Shown in pieces: positions 39,905 to 50,189 of a stretch of DNA of 64,000 nucleotides. Position 1 is the first letter of the stretch. Every line of letters starts with the position of its first letter. Where the stretch lies: the NCBI GenBank assembly GCA_018670435.1, contig JABHRC010000039.1:2964-66963 (forward strand), given 5' to 3'. The DNA is from Gammaproteobacteria bacterium (GTDB lineage Bacteria; Pseudomonadota; Gammaproteobacteria; GCA-002705445; GCA-002716945). The translations under genes were made by a program, and so were the position numbers. The notes beneath the pieces are model-generated. The model did not search any database. It was not told the origin of the DNA and saw nothing but the letters and a program-made list of their open reading frames with translations.

Positions 39905-40831
39905 ATGATAGATTATATTGAATGTTCGATAGCTCTTATTAAAAATAATACTGATTATTTATTTTCTCGAAGAATAAAAAAACCTTTTCATAATCATTAT
40001 GAATTTCCTGGTGGTAAAATTGAAAACAGAGAAACTCCGGAAGAGGCTTTAGCCAGGGAATGCTATGAAGAGTTAGATATTGAAATTATAGAAAATATAT
40101 ATCATGGAAGTATAACTCATAGATATGATAAGTTATCTGTAAGATTACATATTTTTGAAATTATTAAATATATTGGCAAAATTAAACCTAATGAGAAACA
40201 AGAACTCAAGTATATTAACCCTGCCACTTCTAATCTGCTGTTTCTCGAGTCAACATCTAGAGTGCTCAACCGATTAAAACTTAGAGAGTTATTTTTTATA
40301 ACACCTCGTAATATCAATAAAATCTTAAAACAATTTGCCAGTCTCGATCAGTGTAATTCTTTTGTTAGATTGAGATCACATGATTACTCAAGAACTGAAT
40401 ATATCCTTGCTGCTAAAACTTTATCAACTATTTGTCTACAAAAAAATATCCCATTTATCATCGATAAAAAATTCATGAATGATCTGAATCATATTAAATA
40501 TGATGGTATCCATTTTACGAGTAATGAATTAGATGAGTTAACTAGAAATGAGATGATTATTAGGAAAAATGGATACACTTATTCAGCCTCATGTCATAGT
40601 TTAGAAAATATTATTATAGCTAATAAGAACAATTTTGACTTTATAGTTATATCTCCTGTTATTTACTCAAAATATCTTACCGATGAACTCGGTTGGGAGA
40701 AGTTTAGTTCACTTGTATCTGAATCTAATATGCCTACTTATGCTTTAGGTGGACTTAAGCCTAATGATTTAAGTTTGTGTAAATCTTTTGGTGGTTTTGG
40801 AGTATCTGGAATAAGTAGATTTTGGTATTAA
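39905..40831 (+). CDS. NUDIX (MutT-like) hydrolase fused to a thiamine-phosphate-synthase-like (ThiE/TenI-fold) domain.
   Basis: N-terminal Nudix box GGKIENRETPEEALARECYEELDI. The C-terminal half shows a TIM-barrel ThiE-like pattern (ALGGLKPNDL). Confidence 0.6.
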   Translation: MIDYIECSIALIKNNTDYLFSRRIKKPFHNHYEFPGGKIENRETPEEALARECYEELDIEIIENIYHGSITHRYDKLSVRLHIFEIIKYIGKIKPNEKQELKYINPATSNLLFLESTSRVLNRLKLRELFFITPRNINKILKQFASLDQCNSFVRLRSHDYSRTEYILAAKTLSTICLQKNIPFIIDKKFMNDLNHIKYDGIHFTSNELDELTRNEMIIRKNGYTYSASCHSLENIIIANKNNFDFIVISPVIYSKYLTDELGWEKFSSLVSESNMPTYALGGLKPNDLSLCKSFGGFGVSGISRFWY

Positions 40832-40834
40832 TAT

Positions 40835-41608
40835 TTAAAGAGTACATGTGGTTAATATAAAGGATACATCTTCTTGGTATTGAACAAAATTATTCTTATC
40901 ATCTTTATTCATAAACATTATAGTTAATCGTTGTTTCCCCACACTTATTTGTGGATAATAATATATATCAGATGTCAGTGTAATTCTAACGAGTAATATA
41001 TTCTTTTTAGGATCAAGTTTTTCTATAAAGAAACCTTTCTCTGCCATCCTATCCTCAAACTTACCTGATTTTCTTATCACTTCTAAAATAAAATCAATGG
41101 AGCGTTTAATAAATTGTAATGGCTCCAACCATAAGTCAATTTGAGTCTCTCTAATTAATATATCCCTCGATAACCAAAACTCAATAGAAGCAGGTTGCAA
41201 CTGTGTATGACTATTTTTTATAATTGTTTTAAAAAGGATATCCTTTTCTAGGTAATCAAGATAATTTTGTTCTACCGAATGAATTAGCTGTAGCAACATA
41301 TTTTGTTTTTCTAGAACAGAATTTAATTTATTCTCATCTGCTCTAATTCCCGATAGATCTTTTATTTTCAAAAAATAGCTATTATGATTTTCAACTTCTC
41401 TGATTAATTCGGACTTTATATCACTCCTTGATAAAATCTCATATAATTCACAGAGTGACAATAGAGCGACATAATTATCATTTTTATTCTCTTTACCTTT
41501 GAAATGGTAGATCTTACTCAATAAAAATTCAATTTTAATAAACTTTCTAATCTTTTCTTGCACAGGTTCTTCATATAATAAAACCTGATTATCTGATAGA
41601 CTATTCAT
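40835..41608 (-). CDS. zapD: Cell division protein ZapD.
   Basis: The N-terminus LLYEEPVQEKIRKFIKIEFLL matches the ZapD/YacF pattern. Its position downstream of coaE matches the E. coli order. Confidence 0.7.
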   Translation of the reverse strand: MNSLSDNQVLLYEEPVQEKIRKFIKIEFLLSKIYHFKGKENKNDNYVALLSLCELYEILSRSDIKSELIREVENHNSYFLKIKDLSGIRADENKLNSVLEKQNMLLQLIHSVEQNYLDYLEKDILFKTIIKNSHTQLQPASIEFWLSRDILIRETQIDLWLEPLQFIKRSIDFILEVIRKSGKFEDRMAEKGFFIEKLDPKKNILLVRITLTSDIYYYPQISVGKQRLTIMFMNKDDKNNFVQYQEDVSFILTTCTL

Positions 41609-42179
41609 TTTTTAATTTACTGTATAATTTATTAAACCTTGTCTTTAATAACTCTATAGTATCATTATTAGATATGACATGTTCAGAACTATTTTTATAA
41701 TATAGAGAGCTTTTTTGGTAATTATTTAGAATCATAAAATCTTTTATATTAGCTTTATTCTTTAACAGGTATCTTTTTTTTCTTATATCTAATTTTGTAT
41801 CTATAGCTATCACTTTAAATTTCTTATTAATACTACTCATGGTTTCAATTAGTGGCAATTCGAGGACAACTTTATCTATGGTTTTGCTAAGTAAAATATT
41901 TAATTCTTTAAAAAATATGGGGTGTATTATCGAATTAATTTTGGCTGCATAATCTTTCGATGATAAAAATAATAATTTCAATTTATTCAATGAAATATTA
42001 GATCCATCTTTTAGAATATTAAATTCTTTTTGTAATTTCTCTTTGAGAGGAATATTACTCAGAATAAGATCTTTTGCAAGTTTGTCGGAATTAATATACA
42101 AATAGCCTTTTTTTTGTAAGCATTTGCATATTGTTGATTTACCAGAACCTATCTTGCCAGATATTAGAATTAGTCGCAT
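41601..42179 (-). CDS. coaE: Dephospho-CoA kinase.
   Basis: P-loop ILISGKIGSGKST. 192 aa. Confidence 0.85.
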   Translation of the reverse strand: MRLILISGKIGSGKSTICKCLQKKGYLYINSDKLAKDLILSNIPLKEKLQKEFNILKDGSNISLNKLKLLFLSSKDYAAKINSIIHPIFFKELNILLSKTIDKVVLELPLIETMSSINKKFKVIAIDTKLDIRKKRYLLKNKANIKDFMILNNYQKSSLYYKNSSEHVISNNDTIELLKTRFNKLYSKLKNE

Positions 42180-42268
42180 ATTTTTATCTTAGAAAGACTG
42201 TTAATAGAATCCCTATAAACATAATTATAATCAATGTTATCAGTAATGGCATTCTTCTCATTTAAATC

Positions 42269-42463
42269 TCACTTATAATTCTTACAATTTTTATAATTTC
42301 CATTATCATTACAATAATCTTCCTCTGCTACATATGCATTGCAATATCTGCAAAACTGTATATTTCTTTTTCCTTTTTTTATGATGCTTGTTTTCGTCCA
42401 AAACAGTGATTTAGCTATTATATAAACTAAAAATATTACTAAACCTATTATAATTATACGCAT
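42269..42463 (-). CDS. Small membrane-anchored Cys-rich protein (64 aa), function unknown.
   Basis: An N-terminal TM helix is followed by a C-terminal CRYCNAYVAEEDYCNDNGNYKNC cluster. Confidence 0.35.
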   Translation of the reverse strand: MRIIIIGLVIFLVYIIAKSLFWTKTSIIKKGKRNIQFCRYCNAYVAEEDYCNDNGNYKNCKNYK

Positions 42464-42538
42464 ATTTGTATATCGAACATTAATCTTTTATTATTATAGA
42501 CTATAATATATGATTCTAGATTAAATATTAACCAGTGA

Positions 42539-43312
42539 TTGGTTTTAATTACTTATAAGGCCTGTGATATGAATAATAAAAAAGTGATTTTATATATTAT
42601 TGATTGGATCAAAGATTATGTTAATTCTCCTGATTATAATATCAAAAGTCTGATAGTGGGTGTTTCTGGAGGGATAGATTCCGCTTTAACGAGCACTCTA
42701 TGTGCCATGACTGGTATCAATACTATAGTGATCAACATACCTTTGAAAACAAAAGATTCCTCATTAAGTAGTATGCATTGTAATTTTTTATTATCAAAAT
42801 ACTCCAATGTTCAATCTTACGAAGTTGATCTTAGCAGCACCTTTGATAAATTCTATGATACTTGTATCACATCAGGATTTGAAAATGATTTGGGTTTTGC
42901 TAATAGTAAATCTAGGTTGAGGATGATGCTTTTATATCAAGCAGCATCGAAATTTAAGGGTATAGTTATTGGGACAGGTAATAAAGTTGAAGACTTTGGT
43001 GTCGGTTTCTTTACAAAATATGGTGATGGTGGTGTAGACCTTTCACCTATTGCAGATTTAACAAAATCTGAGGTAAGATCTTTATCAAAAGAATTAGGTG
43101 TATCTGATAAAATATTAAATTCATCTCCTACTGATGGTTTGTGGGAAGATGATAGAACTGATGAGCAACAGTTAGGTCTCACTTATGAAGAACTTGAAGA
43201 TGCTATGTCTAATGAAGATAGTATTCACAGGGAAAAATACATGAGTATTAGAAAAAAGAATATCCATAAAATGAAAGTTATTCCTGTTTGTATTATAAAA
43301 GATAAAAACTAG
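42539..43312 (+). CDS. nadE: NH3-dependent NAD+ synthetase. The start is probably an internal Met near 42569.
   Basis: PP-loop VGVSGGIDSALTSTLCA. Confidence 0.85.
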   Translation: MVLITYKACDMNNKKVILYIIDWIKDYVNSPDYNIKSLIVGVSGGIDSALTSTLCAMTGINTIVINIPLKTKDSSLSSMHCNFLLSKYSNVQSYEVDLSSTFDKFYDTCITSGFENDLGFANSKSRLRMMLLYQAASKFKGIVIGTGNKVEDFGVGFFTKYGDGGVDLSPIADLTKSEVRSLSKELGVSDKILNSSPTDGLWEDDRTDEQQLGLTYEELEDAMSNEDSIHREKYMSIRKKNIHKMKVIPVCIIKDKN

Positions 43313-44184
43313 AAATAGTTATATATGTTTAAAAATCTGAACCAACTTGACGAATCGCTCTTTTCCATAACTACTTTCTTTTCTATTTTGATTTCCTTTT
43401 CAGCAATTATAACTCCATTTCTATTTTCTATCCTATAATCAGGATAATTTTCTTTTAAAACCCTAGCTGTATCCGATGCCAAATCATTCATACCCAAATA
43501 ATTATAGCCCTCTATTAATATTAATAACGCTTCTTCTGTGCTTGGTGTTCCATTATAATTTGTCAATAAATATTTTACTCTTTCAATAGCAGCTATATAA
43601 GCTTGTCTTTTAACATAATACTTGGCTATGTATAATTCATTTTTTGCCATCATATTTTTTATATATAACAATCTATTTCTTGAATCTTTAGCATACTTAC
43701 TTTTAGGAAATTTATTTATAACTATTGAGAAATCATCAAAAGATGCTCTTAGTTTTGACACATCGTATTTAGATGGGTCCTGTGCAAATATCTTAGTCAA
43801 AAAATTTTGTCCTTTATCAAAATTTGCTAACGCACGCAGATAGTAGGCATATGAAACATTTGGATGGTTAGGATATAATCTAATGAATCTATCAGCATTG
43901 ACTATTGCTTCATCCTTTAAGTTCGATTGATAAGATGCATATACTAGATCCAGCATGGATTGGGTTGAATATATTCCAAATGGATATCTTGCTTCCAATA
44001 TATCAAAGTACTTAATAGCATTAGGATAATCCTCTACATCAAGAAATGCCTTACCTTCTCCATATATTTGAGCTGCGGACAGGCCTTTGGTCGGATCTGC
44101 CTCTTTTAATATACCTTCCCAGTACGAACAACTTGATAATATTGCACAAAAGGCAAGGTTTATAAGAAGTATTTTTGCTTTCAT
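43309..44184 (-). CDS. bamD: Outer membrane protein assembly factor BamD (TPR lipoprotein).
   Basis: Lipobox ILSSC, TPR repeats, and divergent from rluD as in E. coli. Confidence 0.8.
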   Translation of the reverse strand: MKAKILLINLAFCAILSSCSYWEGILKEADPTKGLSAAQIYGEGKAFLDVEDYPNAIKYFDILEARYPFGIYSTQSMLDLVYASYQSNLKDEAIVNADRFIRLYPNHPNVSYAYYLRALANFDKGQNFLTKIFAQDPSKYDVSKLRASFDDFSIVINKFPKSKYAKDSRNRLLYIKNMMAKNELYIAKYYVKRQAYIAAIERVKYLLTNYNGTPSTEEALLILIEGYNYLGMNDLASDTARVLKENYPDYRIENRNGVIIAEKEIKIEKKVVMEKSDSSSWFRFLNIYNYF

Positions 44185-44219
44185 TTTGTTATTATAGATT
44201 AGTTACGTGAGAATACACC

Positions 44220-45176
44220 ATGAAAAATGTTACTTTTTACAAGTTTGATATTGAGCCTGAGAATAACTTAAGGTTAGACCAGTTAATATCATCAAGGTTG
44301 CCAGAATATTCCAGGTCAACCATTAAAAACTGGATTAATGCAGAAAAAATACTTGTTAATGGTAAAATATGTTCTCCTAAAGATAAAATATCCAGTAAAT
44401 CTGAAATAGAGATAGAAGTACATCCTTGCGAGGACATAGACATTCTATCAGAAGACATACCTTTAAACATTTTACACGAAGATGAAGATTTAATTGTTGT
44501 AAATAAGAATAGCAACATGGTTACTCATACTGCTGTTGGTAATTATTCTGGGACATTACAGAATGCTTTATTATTTAAGTATCCAGAATTGAGGGATGTA
44601 CCTAGAGCAGGAATAATACATCGTTTAGATAAACAGACATCTGGATTATTGATAATAGCAAGAACACTAAAGGCTCATAATAATTTAACAAAACAGATTC
44701 AAAATAAATTAATAACTAAAAAGTACATAACTATAACATCAGGTATCTTGAACAATGTAACTGTTATTGATCAAAAAATAGGCAGACATAAGATTAATAG
44801 AAAAAAAATGTCAGTAACAGATTCAGGAAAAGAATCTACTTCACGGCTGAAGATACTAAGGAGGTTTGATAAAGCCTCATTAATTGAGGTTGATCTAGTT
44901 ACTGGCAGAACACACCAAATAAGGGTGCATTTGTCATTTATTGGTCACCCAGTAGTAGGTGACAAGTTATATGGTTTTAAAAAATCTATATTTAGCAAGA
45001 ATACTAAATTAGTTAATTTTTTAGATTCATATAATGGTCATGCATTACATGCAATGTCACTGGAGTTTAAACATCCATCAACGAAAGAAAAATTTTTTAT
45101 AGAGTCTCCGCCACCAGATGAATTTTTAAAAATACAGTCATTAATTGAGAAACATAGTTATGCCGATACAAATTAA
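44220..45176 (+). CDS. rluD: 23S rRNA pseudouridine synthase RluD.
   Basis: N-terminal S4 domain. Has the HRLDKQTSGLL catalytic motif. Confidence 0.85.
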   Translation: MKNVTFYKFDIEPENNLRLDQLISSRLPEYSRSTIKNWINAEKILVNGKICSPKDKISSKSEIEIEVHPCEDIDILSEDIPLNILHEDEDLIVVNKNSNMVTHTAVGNYSGTLQNALLFKYPELRDVPRAGIIHRLDKQTSGLLIIARTLKAHNNLTKQIQNKLITKKYITITSGILNNVTVIDQKIGRHKINRKKMSVTDSGKESTSRLKILRRFDKASLIEVDLVTGRTHQIRVHLSFIGHPVVGDKLYGFKKSIFSKNTKLVNFLDSYNGHALHAMSLEFKHPSTKEKFFIESPPPDEFLKIQSLIEKHSYADTN

Positions 45177-45885
45177 ACCTGTGATCTGGGAAGTCCCAAA
45201 AAATATTAAAGCTTTCTCTACAACCCGTATCGGGGGATATAGTAAAGGTGAGTTCAAAGGGTCTAATCTCAGCTTAGATGTAGGGGATGAACAAACAAAT
45301 GTTCGGAAAAACAGAAGGGATATTTCAAAATCACTAAATTTAAGTATGGAGCCATGTTGGATGAAACAGATACATGGCTCTACTATAAGAAAAGTTACCG
45401 AGCCAACATCTGGTCTCGTATGTGATGGATCTTATACAAATATAGTGGGTTTACCATGCGTGGTTTTATCTGCTGACTGTTTGCCAATTTTAGTATGCAA
45501 TAAACAAGGAACAAAGGTTGGAGTAATTCACTCAGGCTGGAGAGGTTTACATAATGGTATAATAACTAAATTCATAAAAAGATTCTCTAATAACCCATCT
45601 GAATTAATATGCTGGATAGGCCCATCTATTACACCATCTAACTATTTAGTTCGTGAAGATGTGCATAAGAAGCTATCCAATATATCATCAAAAATATTCA
45701 ATAAAGTTGATGATGAGCACTGGGGTCTCGATTTAAAGAAAGGAGCTAAAATCTTTCTTAAAGCCGCAGGAGTTAAAAAAATATATACAGATGAAATGTG
45801 TACATATCAAAGTTCAAATTTATATTATTCTTATAGAGGAGATACTAATACCGGTAGAATTGCATCGCTAATTTGGATAGAATAA
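45145..45885 (+). CDS. pgeF: Purine nucleoside phosphorylase / laccase-domain protein YfiH/PgeF. The start is probably near 45160.
   Basis: Conserved rluD-pgeF pairing, and the GWRG motif. Confidence 0.75.
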   Translation: MRNIVMPIQIKPVIWEVPKNIKAFSTTRIGGYSKGEFKGSNLSLDVGDEQTNVRKNRRDISKSLNLSMEPCWMKQIHGSTIRKVTEPTSGLVCDGSYTNIVGLPCVVLSADCLPILVCNKQGTKVGVIHSGWRGLHNGIITKFIKRFSNNPSELICWIGPSITPSNYLVREDVHKKLSNISSKIFNKVDDEHWGLDLKKGAKIFLKAAGVKKIYTDEMCTYQSSNLYYSYRGDTNTGRIASLIWIE

Positions 45886-45909
45886 CTTATACCATGATAA
45901 GATCAAGCG

Positions 45910-46824
45910 ATGATAACTAAAATAATAAGTTCTGTGAAATCTTTGAGTATATTCAAGATTTTTATATCAGTTTTGATTGTTGGTCTTCTGTATGGCGGTG
46001 TTTCCTTATATTTAAAGTATACCGGTTTTGCAAAGTTCATGAATAAAACCAGAGTGGTTGCGGTCAAGGCAGAATCAGTAAAAATAGATGTTGCTCGAAA
46101 TACTTATCGGGCCTTATCTGTCATAGAGTCATTAGATTCAATTGATGTAACCGCAAAGGTTAATGGTCTTCTAGATAATGTCCACTATAAAGAAAGCAGT
46201 GTCGTTAATAAGGGTGATCTACTATTCTCTATAATATCCTCAGACTCTGTTGGACTAACGAAGATTTATGCGCCTTTCACTGGCATGGCTGGGCTTAGTA
46301 AAAAAAATATAGGTGATGTAGTTACTAAAGGTGAAATTTTAACTTCTTTAGATGAACAAGGTTTTATGAAACTACCAGTTAATTTACCAGAACGAATACT
46401 AGGATATTTGACAAAAAAATTATTATTTGTTGCATTTACAGATAGTGTTCCTGGCATTGAGTACAAAGGTACACTGGAGTACATAGATACTAGAATTGAT
46501 ACTGATACCCGAACTATTAGTGCTTATGCTTTAATAGATAATAAAAAAAATATATTGAAACCTGGTTTGCTTATGAAAATGGACATATTTTTAGAAGAAA
46601 GGACTGATGCTATTTTGATACCTGAAAAATCTTTATTAAACATTAATAAAAAACATTATGTCTATATTGTGGATAATGATATTGCTAAGCTAAAACCTGT
46701 TCAGATAGGTATTCGTAATAATTCTTTAATTGAGATCAAATCAGGACTTAATAATTTCGATAAAGTAATATTTATGGGTCATGAAAAATTAAAAGATGGA
46801 TCCAAAGTAAAAATTATAGAGTAA
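45910..46824 (+). CDS. RND efflux membrane fusion (periplasmic adaptor) protein.
   Basis: An N-terminal TM anchor and a biotinyl/lipoyl-like beta-barrel pattern. Directly upstream of the RND pump. Confidence 0.6.
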   Translation: MITKIISSVKSLSIFKIFISVLIVGLLYGGVSLYLKYTGFAKFMNKTRVVAVKAESVKIDVARNTYRALSVIESLDSIDVTAKVNGLLDNVHYKESSVVNKGDLLFSIISSDSVGLTKIYAPFTGMAGLSKKNIGDVVTKGEILTSLDEQGFMKLPVNLPERILGYLTKKLLFVAFTDSVPGIEYKGTLEYIDTRIDTDTRTISAYALIDNKKNILKPGLLMKMDIFLEERTDAILIPEKSLLNINKKHYVYIVDNDIAKLKPVQIGIRNNSLIEIKSGLNNFDKVIFMGHEKLKDGSKVKIIE

Positions 46825-46828
46825 ATAA

Positions 46829-49800
46829 ATGCATATATCAGAAACAACAGTTAGAAGACCTGTTCTAGCAGCAGTTATAAGCATGTTTTTAGTCCTATTA
46901 GGACTAGTCTCGTATGATAAGTTATCAATTAGAGAGTATCCAGATATAGATAAACCAGTTGTTACTGTATCAACTGTTTATCGTGGGGCTTCAGCTGAAA
47001 TTGTCGAGAGAGATATCACTCAGATACTTGAAGATTCTTTATCAGGTATTTCAAATATCAAAGAGATAAAATCCGAAAGCAAGGATGAGATTTCTAGCAT
47101 AAGGATTGAGTTTACCTTATCAAGAGATATGGAGTCAGCTGCAAATGATGTAAGAGAAAAAGTATCGCGTGCAATTCCTAGATTACCAAAAGACTCTGAA
47201 CAGCCAAGAGTTGCAAAATCCGATACGGATGCAAGGGCGATTCTTTGGATTGGTTTTACCAGTGATCAATTGGACAGCATAGCTTTAAATGACTACTTGG
47301 ATAGAAACATTATCGATAGATTATCCATTTTACCAGGAGTAGCATCTATTACTGTTGGTGGAGAAAGAAAATATGCTATTAGGATCTGGCTAGATCCAGA
47401 TAAAATGTCATCGAGGCAAATAACAGTCGATGATATTTTAAATGCCATAAAGAAAGAAAATATTGAAAAACCAGCTGGACGACTTGATTCGACAGATAGA
47501 GAAATAAGCATACAGGTGAAGTCAAAGTTATCTGATATTGGTATGTTTAATGATATTGTCCTCAAAAACTATGGTAATAAGAAGATAAGACTTGGTGATG
47601 TGGCTGAAATCATCATTGGCGCAGAAAGTGATAGAGGATTTTTAAGAGCTAATAATAAGAATGCAATTGGATTAGGTATCGTAAGACAAACTAAGTCTAA
47701 TGTGCTGAAAGTTGCCTCAGCTATAAAAAATGAATTAGATTTGATTAGACCTTCATTGCCTAAAAATATCGATATGTTTGTGGGTTATGATCAATCAATA
47801 TTTGTTAATGAATCAATTTATGAAGTCAGGTTTGCACTACTTATATCGATATTAATGGTTATAGGTGTAATATATTATTTCCTATCATCTTCTGCGGCAA
47901 CTTTTATACCTGCTATTACTATACCCGTCTCATTGATCTCTACCTTTTATGTGATTTATATATTAGGTTACTCATTAAATGTCCTTACCTTTTTAGCCCT
48001 AGTATTAGCAATAGGATTGATCGTTGATGATTCAATTGTAGTATTAGAAAATATAAAAAGGAGAATCGAGAATGGAGAAAAGTCTTTTAATGCATCAATT
48101 GAAGGTGCCAAGCAAATTACTTTTGTTGTTATAGCAACAACACTTGTTCTAGTTTCAGTTTTTCTCCCATTATCATTTATGGGAGGCAAGACAGGAAGAT
48201 TATTTATTGAATTTGGAGTAGTCCTATCTTTTGCTGTTATATTTTCAAGCATAGTTGCATTAACGTTAACACCGATGTTATGTTCTAAATTACTTAAAGA
48301 TAATACTAAAGCTAAGAAAGAACCTATATTAATTAGTAAGTTTAGAAACTTCTATAAAGAATCTTTGTTAGAATCTCAGAAAAATCCTAAAAGAGTATAT
48401 TTATTTTCGATTGCAATGATCATTATATCTATGCTTTTGTTTCAAGTGATACAAAAAGAACTAGCACCTACAGAAGACAGAGGAATCTTTATTATCTCAG
48501 TTAAAGGGCCAGAAGGTTCGTCTCTTAGTTATACAGACTCTATAGTGCGTCAAGTTGAAAAAACTTTGCAGCCATATGTTATGAATAATGAAATTAATAC
48601 TATTTTTTCGATTGTTGCTCCGGGATTCTCTGGAAGACCTGGTGAAGTTAATTCAGCTTTTATGTTTACTACATTGACTGACTGGGGAACAAGAAGACAT
48701 CAAAAAGATATAGTTCGCGAAATCTTTCCACAACTACTGACAATCCCTGGAGCAAGAGTTTTTGCGATTAACCCTCCCAGCCTTGGTGGTAGTAGATTCA
48801 TGCCGCCTGTACAATTAGTAATTAGTGGTAATAATTATGACGATATAAGTGAATGGGGAAATACCTTAATTAATGAGTCTTCTGATCTAAAGATAAGAAA
48901 CTCAAATATTGATTATAAGATTACTAGCCCAAGATTAAATTTAAAAATTAATAGAGATAAAGCATATGAGTTGGGAGTATCAGCAGAATCAATTGCTAGG
49001 ACAATGGAAACATTATTAGCTTCAAATCAAGTCACAACATTCTCAAAAGATGGATTAACATATAATGTTATCTTGCAGGCTGATAAATCTTTTAGAGTAA
49101 ATGGAAATAGTTTAGACAATATATTTGTTGAATCATCAAATACATCATTAATCCCTTTATCTAACCTGGTTACTTATGAAGAAACTTCAACTAGCCAAAG
49201 TCTTAAAAGAATTAATAGGATGCCTTCTACAATATTTTCAGCATCTCTAGCACCCGGTTATCCACTTGGAGATGCTTTAAAAGATCTGATTTCCGTTACA
49301 AGTTCATCATTACCGGCTAATGCTAAAATATCATTCAGTGGAAGTTCAAAAGAATATTTTGAGTCGGGTAATAGTTTAGTGATAACAATATTATTTGCAA
49401 TATTAATTGTTTATCTAGTTCTAGCAGCTCAGTTTGAAAGTTTTAGAAAACCACTCGCTATAATATTAACTGTCCCAATAGCTTTGACTGCTGGACTTTA
49501 TACTTTATTTTTAACTGGAGCCTCAATTAATGTTTATAGCCAGATTGGATTCTTGATGTTAATTGGCTTAATCACAAAAAATGGAATATTAGTGGTTGAA
49601 TTTGCTAATCAATTAAGGGAAAAGGGTATGAGTGTTGATGAAGCAATATTTGAATCATCACTCATAAGATTGAGACCTGTATTAATGACTACTATTTCAA
49701 CTCTCTTAGGTGCAGTACCACTTGTTTTAAGTAGTGGTGCTGGCGCAGAAAGTAGATATGCTATGGCTGTTGTTGTTTTAGGTGGAATTACTTTGTCTTC

Positions 49801-49855
49801 TTTAATCACGTTATACCTGGTACCAGCCTTATATCGTCTATTAGAAAGAAAATAA
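46829..49855 (+). CDS. RND family efflux transporter (AcrB/HAE1-like), 12-TM inner-membrane pump.
   Basis: 1008 aa with two large periplasmic loops and the conserved TM4 region VLAIGLIVDDSIVVLENI. Confidence 0.9.
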   Translation: MHISETTVRRPVLAAVISMFLVLLGLVSYDKLSIREYPDIDKPVVTVSTVYRGASAEIVERDITQILEDSLSGISNIKEIKSESKDEISSIRIEFTLSRDMESAANDVREKVSRAIPRLPKDSEQPRVAKSDTDARAILWIGFTSDQLDSIALNDYLDRNIIDRLSILPGVASITVGGERKYAIRIWLDPDKMSSRQITVDDILNAIKKENIEKPAGRLDSTDREISIQVKSKLSDIGMFNDIVLKNYGNKKIRLGDVAEIIIGAESDRGFLRANNKNAIGLGIVRQTKSNVLKVASAIKNELDLIRPSLPKNIDMFVGYDQSIFVNESIYEVRFALLISILMVIGVIYYFLSSSAATFIPAITIPVSLISTFYVIYILGYSLNVLTFLALVLAIGLIVDDSIVVLENIKRRIENGEKSFNASIEGAKQITFVVIATTLVLVSVFLPLSFMGGKTGRLFIEFGVVLSFAVIFSSIVALTLTPMLCSKLLKDNTKAKKEPILISKFRNFYKESLLESQKNPKRVYLFSIAMIIISMLLFQVIQKELAPTEDRGIFIISVKGPEGSSLSYTDSIVRQVEKTLQPYVMNNEINTIFSIVAPGFSGRPGEVNSAFMFTTLTDWGTRRHQKDIVREIFPQLLTIPGARVFAINPPSLGGSRFMPPVQLVISGNNYDDISEWGNTLINESSDLKIRNSNIDYKITSPRLNLKINRDKAYELGVSAESIARTMETLLASNQVTTFSKDGLTYNVILQADKSFRVNGNSLDNIFVESSNTSLIPLSNLVTYEETSTSQSLKRINRMPSTIFSASLAPGYPLGDALKDLISVTSSSLPANAKISFSGSSKEYFESGNSLVITILFAILIVYLVLAAQFESFRKPLAIILTVPIALTAGLYTLFLTGASINVYSQIGFLMLIGLITKNGILVVEFANQLREKGMSVDEAIFESSLIRLRPVLMTTISTLLGAVPLVLSSGAGAESRYAMAVVVLGGITLSSLITLYLVPALYRLLERK

Positions 49856-49859
49856 ATTA

Positions 49860-50189
49860 TTATTTCATAGGTAATATTTTCAAGCCATCTTGTCTAGAAA
49901 AGTACTCTGACAAGTCTTCTATGTCTTGATCTGATAGGCCAGTTGCAAACCCACTCATTATAGCATTCTTTCTAGATCCAGATTTATATGCATTTAAAGA
50001 ATTAACTAGATAGTCTTTGTATTGGCCAGCTAACTTTGGATACATTGCTACTTGTGAATTCCCATCCGCACCATGACAAGCTGCACAGACTTGAGATTTA
50101 GATTTCCCAGCCTCAAAGTCAGCAAACGATTTATCTATAAAAACTAAATTTATGCTTAAGATTAATATTAATGACTGTACTATTTTCAT
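49860..50189 (-). CDS. Monohaem c-type cytochrome (cytochrome c4-like domain) with signal peptide.
   Basis: Haem site CAACH, the c4-type motif PKLAGQ...Y, and LSDQDIEDLSEYF. Confidence 0.7.
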   Translation of the reverse strand: MKIVQSLILILSINLVFIDKSFADFEAGKSKSQVCAACHGADGNSQVAMYPKLAGQYKDYLVNSLNAYKSGSRKNAIMSGFATGLSDQDIEDLSEYFSRQDGLKILPMK

